DNA of 64,000 bases from Desulfatiglandales bacterium (GTDB taxonomy: Bacteria > Desulfobacterota > DSM-4660 > Desulfatiglandales > Desulfatiglandaceae), in the NCBI GenBank assembly GCA_963662465.1, contig OY759599.1, positions 6,304,001-6,368,000 on the forward strand, in the 5' to 3' direction. Of this stretch, positions 1 to 9,942 are shown piece after piece (within the stretch, counting starts at the first letter, position 1; each line of letters starts with the position of its first letter). Under the pieces are notes generated by a model. The model was given only the letters and a program-made list of their open reading frames with translations. It ran no database searches and was not told the DNA's origin. The position numbers were made by a program, and so were the translations under genes.

Positions 1-287
1 ATAAAATCGCAGACCGGATCAGTGGCTTTTACCTGGCCGGGGGGACAGGACTTGCGCTTCAATTGGGCCACAGGGTATCGGAAGACCTTGATTTTTTCTC
101 GGAAGAAAGATTCAAAGGCACGGGGATTAACCTTTATCATTTGCTGAAGAGCCTGGTCTATTTCGAAGATGCGGAGAATGACCCTGATCCGGTTTTGCTG
201 CCGGATGGAAAACGTCCGGATTGGAATAAAATCAAACTTTTTTTTGAAGGAAACATCAAGAACTTTGAAAGAATTTTGATCAAATAA
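1..287 (+). pseudogene. AbiEii-family nucleotidyltransferase toxin, 5' end outside the window, probably internally deleted
   Basis: Frame open from the window start: FYLAGGTGLALQLGHRVSEDLDFF (AbiEii N-terminal motif) runs almost directly into the C-terminal LLKSLVYFEDAENDPDP motif, so the usual middle part is absent. Confidence 0.65.
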
Positions 288-306
288 CCGAGGTTCGGAT
301 CAAACC

Positions 307-1380
307 ATGATGCTAAGAATCCTTTTCATTACCCGAAACTATCCGCCAAAGGTAGGTGGTCTCGAGGAATACAGCTATCATCTGATCCGGGAATTTGAGT
401 CCCGTGTGCCGACCCATAAGATCACCTTGTCAAAGTCAAAAAAACACCTCCCGTGGTTTTTTCCGTATTCCTTTTTTAAGGCGCTTTATGTCATCCGGAA
501 ATATCCCGTTTCACATGTTCACCTATGCGACGGTATGCTTGCGCCCGTGGGCCGGCTCCTGAAGGGCCTGACCGGAACAACGGTTACCGCAACGGTGCAT
601 GGTTTGGACATTACCTATCGTAATCAGCTTTACCAAAAGGTGATTCCATTGTGCATTGAAAGTCTGGATCGGATTGTTTGTATCAGCCATTCTACCCGGG
701 AGGAGGTATTGAAACGAACCCGCATTTTTCCTGAAAATTGCGCAGTTATTCCCAACGGGGTCAATTCCGATGAAATGTACATTCCGCAGCCGAAAACAGA
801 ACTTTTGAGAAAATTTGAGACGTTAACCCATCTAACATTTTCAAACCGGAAAATTTTGTTCACACTTGGCCACCTGGTAAAGAGAAAAGGGGTTGCATGG
901 TTTACGGCGCACGTGATGCCGAAACTACCGGAAGAATATGTTTACCTGGTCGCAGGGGATGGTTCCGAAAAAGCGCGTATTGAGAAGATCATACTGGATC
1001 ATCAACTTCAAGAGCGCATGTTCCTTCTGGGTGAGGTATCGAATGAAATCCGCAATATTCTCTACAACCTCGCGGATATTTTTGTCATGCCCAATATTAC
1101 CGTTCCCAATGATGTGGAAGGTTTCGGCATTGTCGCCATAGAGGCGGGGAGTTGTGGCCTTCCGGTTGTTGCCACGAATATTCAGGGAATACGGGATGCT
1201 GTGATTGATGGAAAGACGGGTTTTTTGATTCAGGAGGGAGGCGTGGAGGGATTTCTTGAAAGCATCCAGAACATGGCGCTCAGAAAAGTGGATGTAAGGG
1301 CAATCGTAAATGAAACATTTGCCTGGTCAAAGATCTCAGCGCAATACCAAGATTTTATTTCCCCGTCCCGTTTCCTTTGA
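307..1380 (+). CDS. Glycosyltransferase family 4
   Basis: NYPPKVGG N-terminus, EGFGIVAIEAGSCGLPVV GT-B motif. Confidence 0.9.
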   Translation: MMLRILFITRNYPPKVGGLEEYSYHLIREFESRVPTHKITLSKSKKHLPWFFPYSFFKALYVIRKYPVSHVHLCDGMLAPVGRLLKGLTGTTVTATVHGLDITYRNQLYQKVIPLCIESLDRIVCISHSTREEVLKRTRIFPENCAVIPNGVNSDEMYIPQPKTELLRKFETLTHLTFSNRKILFTLGHLVKRKGVAWFTAHVMPKLPEEYVYLVAGDGSEKARIEKIILDHQLQERMFLLGEVSNEIRNILYNLADIFVMPNITVPNDVEGFGIVAIEAGSCGLPVVATNIQGIRDAVIDGKTGFLIQEGGVEGFLESIQNMALRKVDVRAIVNETFAWSKISAQYQDFISPSRFL

Positions 1381-2125
1381 TCAGAAGCCAGACGTACCCC
1401 GGGCACAAACCGTAGGCATATTGAACGATAAATTTTGCCAACTTTCTTTTAATCGTGGTCGGTCGGATCATATATTCAGCAGAAAAAGCCTTGGGCTGTT
1501 CAATGATTTTTCGTGTATAGTCAATGTGATAAAAGTGGCGGGTTAGTTTTCTGAGCCCCCAATAACTGAGATGCCTTTCCGGATAATGGGAACCCTTGCC
1601 TGAAACCCTCATGTAGATATGGGCCAGTGGTCTCGGGAGAACCGAAAGAAATGGCAGCCTGTGATGTGGTTCCATCAGATTGATCCGGTTTCCTGCAGCG
1701 AAGTAGCAAACTCCTCCCGGCTTCAGGACCCTGTATATTTCCGCCAGCAATCTATCCGCGTCCGGTACGTGTTCGTAGACATGCGCACAGATGATGACAT
1801 TAAAGTGTGATTTCGGAAAGGGAACGTCCATGGCATCAGCAAAATTGAATCTGACGTGATCCTTCGTAAAATTCTCTTTTGCATATTGAATGGCAGGCTC
1901 ATCCGTGTCAATCCCAACCACTTCACCCAAATAATCCGAGAGATAATTGGCGATGATTCCCGTTGAACATCCTACATCAAGAAGGGAGAGCGATTTTAGT
2001 TCAGCGCCGTAAAAATCGTTCAATACGGCAACGATGGTTTTTGCCTTTTTTTGTCTTGCTTCATGATTGTAGACAGCCTGAGGATGTTTCTCAGAGAAAG
2101 GGCATTGGCAATGAATGTTTGTCAT
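1355..2125 (-). CDS. Class I SAM-dependent methyltransferase
   Basis: LLDVGCSTG, HVYEHV, YRVLKPGG motifs. Confidence 0.9.
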   Translation of the reverse strand: MTNIHCQCPFSEKHPQAVYNHEARQKKAKTIVAVLNDFYGAELKSLSLLDVGCSTGIIANYLSDYLGEVVGIDTDEPAIQYAKENFTKDHVRFNFADAMDVPFPKSHFNVIICAHVYEHVPDADRLLAEIYRVLKPGGVCYFAAGNRINLMEPHHRLPFLSVLPRPLAHIYMRVSGKGSHYPERHLSYWGLRKLTRHFYHIDYTRKIIEQPKAFSAEYMIRPTTIKRKLAKFIVQYAYGLCPGYVWLLIKGNGTGK

Positions 2126-2148
2126 AATGCTATTGGGTGTAATTCGTT

Positions 2149-3144
2149 TTATCCCAACACTTCCTCGAAAAGATCTTTGTATTCATTCACCATACGTTTA
2201 AGGGTAAACATTTTTTCTACTTTGGCCCTGTTGTATTCCCCCATTTCGCGTCTGAGATTGGGAGCGTTTGCCAGGAGGTTGATTTTTTCGGCGAAAGAAT
2301 CCACATTACCGATGGGGCACAGAAATCCCCCCTTGCCGTGATCGATCTGTTCCGGGAGAGAACTGCAGTCGCTTGCGATCACCGGAAGTCCGCACGCCAT
2401 ACCTTCCAATACTGAGAGGCTCAAACCTTCCCGCACCGTTGGAAGCAACAATATGTCCATTTCTCGATACCGGTCTGCCATTTGTTCGAAAGGAATGGTT
2501 CCAATTGCTTTAAGGCCCTTTGCTGTTTGTAATGGTTTTTTGGTTCTGAGTCCCTGGGTGAAATAAATTGTCACATCTTTTTTTAGTCGCTTACCGATGG
2601 CATGCAACCAGTGTGCGCCTTTCCTGCGAGTGAGATTTCCGGAGAAAAAGACACGCAATTCTTTTCGAGGAGTGTTTGAGCGGGCCGGAATAAACCGGGC
2701 CGTATCGATGCCATTGTAGATGACCCTGATGGGATGGTGTATGTTTAAATCCTTCTTTGCAAGGCGGGCGGTAAAATTGCTGACGGCTGTTATCGTATGG
2801 GCTCTGCGAATAGCCATCTTGGACCATAATCGCAGATCCGTTGCATAATGAATTCTTTGGAGGGAAGAGCTGTAAGAACGCATCCAGGGGTCAAGGACGT
2901 AGTTATGGAAAGTGAGTATCGTGGGAATTTTCTTCCGATGAGAAAAAATAGCATAGTCCGGGCTGGTGTGGATTAGTCGCGTATATTTGATTGGGGCAAA
3001 ACCCCGTAAGACGAAAGGGAAAAAAGTCCAGGAGGGATTATAGCCTGCCACATTGTAACCGGGGATTTCCGTTCCCAGGGTTTTGTGTACAATATAAGCC
3101 CCGTTGCCTGTCGCTATAGGACTTAGTATCTGGTGTTTTTTCAA
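2149..3144 (-). CDS. Glycosyltransferase family 4
   Basis: VIYNGID, EGLSLSVLEGMACGLPVIAS. Confidence 0.9.
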   Translation of the reverse strand: MKKHQILSPIATGNGAYIVHKTLGTEIPGYNVAGYNPSWTFFPFVLRGFAPIKYTRLIHTSPDYAIFSHRKKIPTILTFHNYVLDPWMRSYSSSLQRIHYATDLRLWSKMAIRRAHTITAVSNFTARLAKKDLNIHHPIRVIYNGIDTARFIPARSNTPRKELRVFFSGNLTRRKGAHWLHAIGKRLKKDVTIYFTQGLRTKKPLQTAKGLKAIGTIPFEQMADRYREMDILLLPTVREGLSLSVLEGMACGLPVIASDCSSLPEQIDHGKGGFLCPIGNVDSFAEKINLLANAPNLRREMGEYNRAKVEKMFTLKRMVNEYKDLFEEVLG

Positions 3145-4484
3145 ATGCTTTCCTTTTGTTCAAAATTCAGGACATGAGCCATTTTTTGAGCCAATGCCTT
3201 CCTGCTGTAATGGTCAATTTTTTCCTGGATAGGAGCAAATGGAAATGATTTTTTCATCCAGCAGGAGAGGAATTGCTCGATTGCGCTTGCTATTTCCTGT
3301 TTGTCTTTGGGATCCACCTTAAGACCGATATTTGTTTCTTGAATGATTTCAGCGGCGGTGTTGTCTTTGGCCAGGGCCAATACCGGTTTTCCGGATTGCA
3401 TATAGTCAAAAATTTTGCTTGTCGCTATTGATCTCTGCTCGTGCGACGTTATCAAGAGCATGGCATCGGCTTCCATCATTATATGAATAGCATCCCTTTT
3501 TGGCACCGACGGGTGGAAGTGAACGATGTCTTCTATCCCCAACCTCCTGACCTGTTCAATCTCAGGACCAGATTCGATTCCGAAAAAGATAACGGATAAT
3601 TGGGAAATGAATTCGGGTTTTGCTCGTTTTAAATCTTGTATGGCAGCGAATAGCAGCGTTGGATCTCTGTCTTTTCTAGCAGCGGATAATCTGCCCATAT
3701 GAACCATCACCATTCTTTTTGTTCTATTTTTATCCAGAAATTTTTCGACAATACCCGAAAATGGTTCGACAGCACACCACTCCTCAGGATCGAACCCATT
3801 GGGGATCACGAAAACATCCTCTTTCGAAATACCGAATCGATTCCTTAGATCAACGGCCAATGGTTTGCTCACAGTTGTTATTCTGTCTGGTCGTGAAAGC
3901 AACATCCTCTCCAAAAAACATTCCGCTCTTTGGCGTAGGCCTCTGCCCTTGCGTATTTCAAGGTACGGCTCAAACATCCATCCGTCCCTTAGATCGGCCA
4001 CCCAATGAAGCGCCAGAAACCTTTTCATCATCCACCCAATTAGATGAGCAGATTCTGGTGGTGATGTTGTTAGCACAACGTCAAATTTTTCTTTAGTGTG
4101 CAATTTATTTGCAACCACAAAAGCATTAAAAGCCCAATAGAGCTGTCTATCAGGGAAGTAGAATAATCTTTTGTGCCAATCAGTAGACTTCTTTCTTCTG
4201 GTGTTTATAGGGCAGCGATTCTTTGGACCTCCAATTTTAGCCCAACGGGATATGGAATTTAGAAAAAGGCTTTCCGCGGCGGAAATCGGATCCACGGAAC
4301 GATAGATGCGTTCCCCGAAAAGACCTGTTGCTTGAAATCTTGGGCGAGTTTCTCTAAAACTTAGAACGACAACTTCATTACCTTGGGCGCCCAGATACTT
4401 TGAAAATGAAAATGCCCGTTGTGAGCCTGTCAGGATACTCATCGGGGAAGTATCATACGCATAGGCGACCAGCAGAATTTTCAT
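3141..4484 (-). CDS. Glycosyltransferase family 4-like
   Basis: TSPPESAHL, WVADLRDGW, IPNGFD, SKIFDYMQSGKPVL. Confidence 0.85.
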   Translation of the reverse strand: MKILLVAYAYDTSPMSILTGSQRAFSFSKYLGAQGNEVVVLSFRETRPRFQATGLFGERIYRSVDPISAAESLFLNSISRWAKIGGPKNRCPINTRRKKSTDWHKRLFYFPDRQLYWAFNAFVVANKLHTKEKFDVVLTTSPPESAHLIGWMMKRFLALHWVADLRDGWMFEPYLEIRKGRGLRQRAECFLERMLLSRPDRITTVSKPLAVDLRNRFGISKEDVFVIPNGFDPEEWCAVEPFSGIVEKFLDKNRTKRMVMVHMGRLSAARKDRDPTLLFAAIQDLKRAKPEFISQLSVIFFGIESGPEIEQVRRLGIEDIVHFHPSVPKRDAIHIMMEADAMLLITSHEQRSIATSKIFDYMQSGKPVLALAKDNTAAEIIQETNIGLKVDPKDKQEIASAIEQFLSCWMKKSFPFAPIQEKIDHYSRKALAQKMAHVLNFEQKESI

Positions 4485-5482
4485 TTCAAGGGGGGCTCCT
4501 TTTTCCTATTCAACTCGGCGAAACGTACCCTGGGCATTCGTAAAGCCAATATTTTTCGGTAAAAGGATACCCCCCCCAACCCAAGGAAAAAGCCCGCCCA
4601 TGTACGGAATTCAAAAGGATTTAGGCGGATAGCGCGCCCATACGCTTTTATCCCTTGCGAGAAATAACCTGCCAGCAAATACTCATTACCAAGTTTGGCA
4701 TATCGATATCCCATGGCCTTCCGATAAGGCCTCTTTCCAAGATATCTGGCAAATTCTTCAATGAATTTCGCAAAGGCAATTTCGCCTTTTAACATCATTT
4801 CCGGATTTGAGGTTAACCTTAACCCTTGGTGTTCCATATACCATACTAAATACCTATCAAGGAGAACAATGCGAAATTGAGAAAGGTATCGCAGTGCCCA
4901 CTGGCGGTCTTCATGAGCTCGAAAAGTCTCATCGAAAAGGCCTACCTGATCAAACACTTCTTTTTTGATTAGAAGCGTCTGAGGGGGCAGGTTGCCGTCT
5001 TGAAACAAAAGGCTATTTCTTATTATTTGGTTGGAAGGTGAATAATGCGTACGCCGAATTTCGTTCCCGGTATTGTTGTGAATAATCATTTGGCAGAAAA
5101 TTGCTTGAATTCGAGGCGTTTCAAGTTTTCTCAAAAGATTGAATTGAGATTCCAGTTTTTCCGGCATCCAATGGTCGTCATCGTCCAGAAAAGCGAGATA
5201 GGCACCCTTTGCTATTCGAATGCCGGCATTTCGTGACGCAGAAACCCCCAAGGGCTTTATGTGGTGGTGAATGACAATAGAAATATCTTGGTAAGCTATC
5301 TTGAACCAGTTTGACTTTACCTTCTCATCAGAACCATCATCCACGACCACGATCTCAATGGGACGATACGTTTGCTCCGCAACACTGGCTATGGCCCTAC
5401 GCAATAGCGCCGGCCTGTTGTAGGTTGGAATGATCGTGCTTATAAGTGGTGTGGCGTTTTGGGGCATTAGATGTTTCGTCAT
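4481..5482 (-). CDS. Glycosyltransferase family 2
   Basis: IIPTYNR, VVDDGS, FLDDDD motifs. Confidence 0.9.
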   Translation of the reverse strand: MTKHLMPQNATPLISTIIPTYNRPALLRRAIASVAEQTYRPIEIVVVDDGSDEKVKSNWFKIAYQDISIVIHHHIKPLGVSASRNAGIRIAKGAYLAFLDDDDHWMPEKLESQFNLLRKLETPRIQAIFCQMIIHNNTGNEIRRTHYSPSNQIIRNSLLFQDGNLPPQTLLIKKEVFDQVGLFDETFRAHEDRQWALRYLSQFRIVLLDRYLVWYMEHQGLRLTSNPEMMLKGEIAFAKFIEEFARYLGKRPYRKAMGYRYAKLGNEYLLAGYFSQGIKAYGRAIRLNPFEFRTWAGFFLGLGGVSFYRKILALRMPRVRFAELNRKKEPPLK

Positions 5483-5524
5483 CTATTTTGTTCCTGGGCC
5501 GAGGACATTATTATTGGTTATGCT

Positions 5525-5800
5525 TTTGCCAAGTGTTGAATCGTATTTAAAACCTGCCTCTGCATGAATTGCCGGGGTTACGCGCATATCGTAATGGAGA
5601 TAATGCTGGCCTATGCTGACGACGTCGTGCCCAATGACCTTTTCCATTTTCCAGAGCTTCTTTCTGACGCTTAAGCTCGTCCACCCATCGAAGGAATAGC
5701 AGGACGGATGAAGTCAAATCTCCCAGCCCTGCCGGTCTATCTCCCGGGCCAATTCCACTACTGTGCATCTCTGATTGTCGAATATGACGGACTTAGACGG
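5525..5800 (-). pseudogene. Polysaccharide deacetylase remnant
   Basis: Fragments read across frames: LHPSCYSFD / VDELKRQKEALE / GHDVVSIGQHYLHYDMRVTPAIHAEAGFKYDSTLG; frameshifted and truncated; boundaries approximate. Confidence 0.6.
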
Positions 5801-5858
5801 TTTTTAGGCGCAATCAACTGATGCTTTTGCCGACATTAAAAGAGTATAAGTCTGACCC

Positions 5859-7100
5859 CTATCCTCGCAAGTTCAATGCCAAATCCTCATACATCTTTAC
5901 AAGTCGTTCACTATCATTTTTCCATGAATATTCACCAAGGGCAGCTTGATGACCATGTTGGCCGTATTTTTTGGCAATTTCATCCCCATCTTCGTAAACC
6001 TTTACAAGGCAATCTGCAAGATCTTCACTATTATTTGCATTAAATACCAAACCACTTTCGGTATCTTCGACGATTCTCTTTAAGGGCTTGCAACTGCTTA
6101 CAATAACAGGTTTTTTCATGATCATATACTGAAAAAGTTTATGCGGAACTGTTGTATTTGTATGCTCAAAGTCATTGTGTGGCACAAGACAAACCTTGCT
6201 CGCAGCAATATAGCTACTAACTTTGTTTGCTGGAACCCAATCAACTAACTCCAAATAGCTGGACGCATTTTCTTTTTCTGCAATTTGCATAATCTGTTGG
6301 CGCTGTTTGGGGACTTGTGTTCCTACAATCAGTAATTTAAAATCTGCAATGCTCTTACCCGCCACGGTAGCTGCACGTATTGCCGTATCAATACCCCTAT
6401 GAGGTCCGATTCCTCCGATATATAGGGCTACCCAACTCTCTTTATAGTGTTCAATTAATTTTTCATCTAAGTCAGAAGCATTGAATGTGCTTTCATCCTC
6501 TGTGTTTGAAACAATACATACCCTTTCACGTGGAATATCGTAATCATTTATAATTCTTTCTGCCGCTTCAGGCACAACAACGATAATGCGATAGCAATTA
6601 CGCAACGTCAGTTTTTCACGCCACCGCCACAGGTAATAATTGGTTATTATAGAAGAACGTAATTTGCGCAAAGGTTGAAGATTACTTCTATAAGCGATCA
6701 TAGCTGCCGGCATGTTTTCATGTAAATCGGCAACTAAAGGCAAATTATGTTTTTTTGCAATTTTTAATGCTGTGGGAACAATAGTAAAATCATGAGCATG
6801 TAAAACATCAGGCCTGACTTTTTTTGCAAAAGTATCTATAGCAAGAAGCCAGCCTCCTTTAATTAAAGTGAACTTTTCCAAGATCTTATGAAGAAGATCC
6901 TGCTGAGATTGGATTTCAGCCCGGTACACTTCAAGCCCATAACCAAATGTTTCATATACTTTTTGACTTGGACTTGCCTTTTGCGTCAAAAGGGATACCT
7001 TAAAACCAGCTTTGATAAGAACACGAGCTTCCTTCTCAATCCGTATATCTGGTGGAAAGCCCCGACTTACATCCAAGATCATGCCTATTTTTAATGCCAC
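5859..7100 (-). CDS. Glycosyltransferase family 4
   Basis: PPDIRIEKEA, HAHD, DLHE, PHKLFQYM..KPVIVS; visibly AT-rich compared with its neighbours. Confidence 0.9.
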   Translation of the reverse strand: MALKIGMILDVSRGFPPDIRIEKEARVLIKAGFKVSLLTQKASPSQKVYETFGYGLEVYRAEIQSQQDLLHKILEKFTLIKGGWLLAIDTFAKKVRPDVLHAHDFTIVPTALKIAKKHNLPLVADLHENMPAAMIAYRSNLQPLRKLRSSIITNYYLWRWREKLTLRNCYRIIVVVPEAAERIINDYDIPRERVCIVSNTEDESTFNASDLDEKLIEHYKESWVALYIGGIGPHRGIDTAIRAATVAGKSIADFKLLIVGTQVPKQRQQIMQIAEKENASSYLELVDWVPANKVSSYIAASKVCLVPHNDFEHTNTTVPHKLFQYMIMKKPVIVSSCKPLKRIVEDTESGLVFNANNSEDLADCLVKVYEDGDEIAKKYGQHGHQAALGEYSWKNDSERLVKMYEDLALNLRG

Positions 7101-7214
7101 TAAAACCCTCCTCGAAATAAATCACTACATTTGGGTGTTGATAAAAAAATCGTTCTAAAGATTCATATAACTGCTTATGAAGCGAGAATCGGCATTTGAG
7201 AATTATTGCAACGT

Positions 7215-8555
7215 TCATTTTTGGATCTCCTTCAGAAACTGTCTATAATATTTTGTATGAAGGGCATATGATACCATTCTTGACAAAAGGCTCGCTACTG
7301 CTGCTCCCTCAGCTCCCCACATAGGCACAAAAACAGCATTGCCAATAACATTAACTGCAGAAGCCACTAAGGACATATCCCTTTTCCATTTACCTTTTCC
7401 TTGAGCTCCAAAGAACATATTATACGGCTGATACATCCCTTGAAAAAAAGCTGCCAGCGCTAATGGCAAGATCAAGGGAACTACTGGTAAAAAGTCATCG
7501 GTGAAGAGAAAGACCACGATAAACCTTCCCAACAGTACCAAACTAACTACACCAGTGAGTAGCCACAGAAAATTTAATTGAATAACCTTTGGAGGTATCC
7601 GATCCTTATTAGCTAAACTTTTGAACAGGCTTATGGACAGTGACTGGGATAGCATCGCCAGCGGTGAGGTAATGGCATTTGATAGAGAGTAAAAACCAAG
7701 CTGGGTTGTGTTAACGAAGTAAGTGATGAAAATGCCATCCAGCTTATAAGTTGACTGATCGGCAATCTGCCCCCAGTAAAGGTGAATCCCATATTCCTTA
7801 GTTTTTAACCAAATGATTCTGAAGCTCCCCCTCAAATTGTTCAATGAAGGCTTAAAGCTATATATTATCGTTGCTACAACAATAATTGTTGCCGACAGGT
7901 TCAGCAAAATAAGCATGGTTACGCTTACACGAGCGAGATCGATCAATACGAGTAATCCAGCTACGTAGAGCACCTTCGGGATAACATTAAACAAGGAAAG
8001 ATTTGCTATTTTATTTGTTCCCCGCCCAATCTGTGGTATCAGAAGCGAAAAGGGCAGCACAATTAACAGAGGCGAAAAAATCCTCAATATGTATCTGATA
8101 TTTGTATAGAAGACCTTGTCCACAAAAAAACTTGAGATAAAGATAAACAGAGCGAAGCTGAGACCAACGCCCACGCCGATGAGGGCCAGAGCTCCTATCA
8201 ACTCCTGCTCCCGCCCTTTATCCCTCTCTTGCGCCAGGAGTAATCCACCAGCGCTGAAAAACCCAAAGCGAAAAAACAGGACGGAGAAGCCTGTTACAGT
8301 ACCAAAGAAGGCCAGCACACCATAATCCTTGGGCCCCAATATTCGGGTATTCAGTGAGCTTGCCACTATTCCAAGCACAATTAACAATATCTGCGAGGCA
8401 TACAGCGTTACGGTCTGTTTAGCAGTCTTAGAAAAGGCGTATCCTTTAAGCGCAATTACCGCTTTACTTGCTACATCTCTAATTTGCATACCTCGCTCAG
8501 ACCTTTCAACATCCATGCCTGTCCCCATCGAATATATGGGATCTTGGTCTTCCAT
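7215..8555 (-). CDS. wzx: Polysaccharide flippase (Wzx/MOP family); true start may be downstream (MQIRD)
   Basis: Many hydrophobic helices, RILGPKDYG, LGFYS, WGAEGAAVAS motifs. Confidence 0.8.
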   Translation of the reverse strand: MEDQDPIYSMGTGMDVERSERGMQIRDVASKAVIALKGYAFSKTAKQTVTLYASQILLIVLGIVASSLNTRILGPKDYGVLAFFGTVTGFSVLFFRFGFFSAGGLLLAQERDKGREQELIGALALIGVGVGLSFALFIFISSFFVDKVFYTNIRYILRIFSPLLIVLPFSLLIPQIGRGTNKIANLSLFNVIPKVLYVAGLLVLIDLARVSVTMLILLNLSATIIVVATIIYSFKPSLNNLRGSFRIIWLKTKEYGIHLYWGQIADQSTYKLDGIFITYFVNTTQLGFYSLSNAITSPLAMLSQSLSISLFKSLANKDRIPPKVIQLNFLWLLTGVVSLVLLGRFIVVFLFTDDFLPVVPLILPLALAAFFQGMYQPYNMFFGAQGKGKWKRDMSLVASAVNVIGNAVFVPMWGAEGAAVASLLSRMVSYALHTKYYRQFLKEIQK

Positions 8556-9673
8556 TCAATGCCTTTTAGATTTCGAATCATGTAGTAAAAATACCCTGTC
8601 GAGTCCTGCATATTTTCACTTATCCAACGGGCCGTGTTTGCCAGATATTCCCTTCCTGACGGGAAATCCGGAGTCAGGGTTGCAGTGCATAATAAGGCCT
8701 CAGCACAGGTATGGATGTTGATAGGGTACTTGTTTTCAGGGGTAAGCTTGGGAATGGTCTTGTGCTCAAAAAAATTGGTTAGGTAAAATCGATAATACCG
8801 ATCTACTGCTCGATAAATCCTCTCTTCCCTTGTGAACTTCCAGACAGAATGTAGGCATCGAATCTCGAAACCGCTGTGGTAATGGTCAATGTGAAACTGA
8901 TTATCCTGATCTTTGCCCCAGTAGCAGAGCGACCCATCCTCATTCTGCTCACTTAATGCATAATTTACAGCCTTTGAGCCCAGCTCAACAAACTTATCAT
9001 TACCGATCTCTTTGCCCACCCTGATAAGAAACTCCGCCACGAACAAATTCGCATTATGCACGTGAAAACCATCAAGCGGCGTATAACTAAAACAGATCTT
9101 ATCTTTATCAATTTGATCAATATTGAGGTTTTGTATGAAGAAATTGCAGATACTCGTACATGTTCTTAAATATTTTCTTTCTCCTGTCAAAATGTAAAAA
9201 TTCCAATATGCGTTTCCTACAGTCGTGCTAACCACACTGGAAGGCGTCGCCTTAGGAATGAAGATGCGGGACTGCCAATCGAAGGGGTACCCCCAGCACT
9301 TGCCAGAGTATCCCACACTATAATTCTTATCAAGCCACCTGACAGTCTCTTCAGCTTTTTCCAGATAAGAACGCTTTTTAGTCACCTGATAGAGATTCAA
9401 ATACCCATCAGCAAATAATCCCATTGCCTTCGCATTGATTTCTTTCTTAACCCGGAAGATTCTCCTCAAAAGAAGAGGAGCAAATAACTCTGTTTTGAAA
9501 GTCACCTCCCTTATCATTTTCTCAAAAACAGTAGGAGTGTCGTTTCTGAAAAGAGGCAGGCCCTTCAAATCGTAAGGATCATATCCCGCCCAACCGTTAC
9601 GAGATAGCCAAGCATCCAGTTGTCCAATCGATTGGTACACCTGTTCAATCAGAGGAATAGAGGACGTTGGCAC
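8471..9673 (-). CDS. Conserved polysaccharide-cluster protein, likely (alpha/alpha)-barrel glycosidase/epimerase-like fold
   Basis: GYDPYD, WGYPFDWQ, VHNANL, IDHYHSGF, YIRWGQAW motifs typical of this LPS/capsule-cluster family. Confidence 0.65.
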   Translation of the reverse strand: MPTSSIPLIEQVYQSIGQLDAWLSRNGWAGYDPYDLKGLPLFRNDTPTVFEKMIREVTFKTELFAPLLLRRIFRVKKEINAKAMGLFADGYLNLYQVTKKRSYLEKAEETVRWLDKNYSVGYSGKCWGYPFDWQSRIFIPKATPSSVVSTTVGNAYWNFYILTGERKYLRTCTSICNFFIQNLNIDQIDKDKICFSYTPLDGFHVHNANLFVAEFLIRVGKEIGNDKFVELGSKAVNYALSEQNEDGSLCYWGKDQDNQFHIDHYHSGFEIRCLHSVWKFTREERIYRAVDRYYRFYLTNFFEHKTIPKLTPENKYPINIHTCAEALLCTATLTPDFPSGREYLANTARWISENMQDSTGYFYYMIRNLKGIEWKTKIPYIRWGQAWMLKGLSEVCKLEM

Positions 9674-9677
9674 TTCG

Positions 9678-9938
9678 TCACCTTTGGCCCAAGCGGCCTA
9701 ACAATCTCTTATTTTCGACGAATATTTTAGGAAGCATGGTTGAAAGCTCATACCCAAGGCAGGTCACAACAGCGATGATACCTGTAAATGATGCAAAAAG
9801 GGCGGCAACACCAAACGCCTCTGGCGCAAACAGCCTGGCGACGATCGGCGCGACAAGCACAGCAAGTCCCTGAGCAAAGACGCTGCCGGTAACAAGCTTT
9901 AGGACATTTCCTGCAAAGCTGGATGTTGGTTTGGACAT
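9678..9938 (-). pseudogene. Truncated N-terminus of a second flippase (WzxC-like)
   Basis: SFAGNVLKLVTGSVFAQGL..PIVARLFAPEAFG..LGYEL, then ends after about 70 aa. Confidence 0.7.
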
Positions 9939-9942
9939 GTAA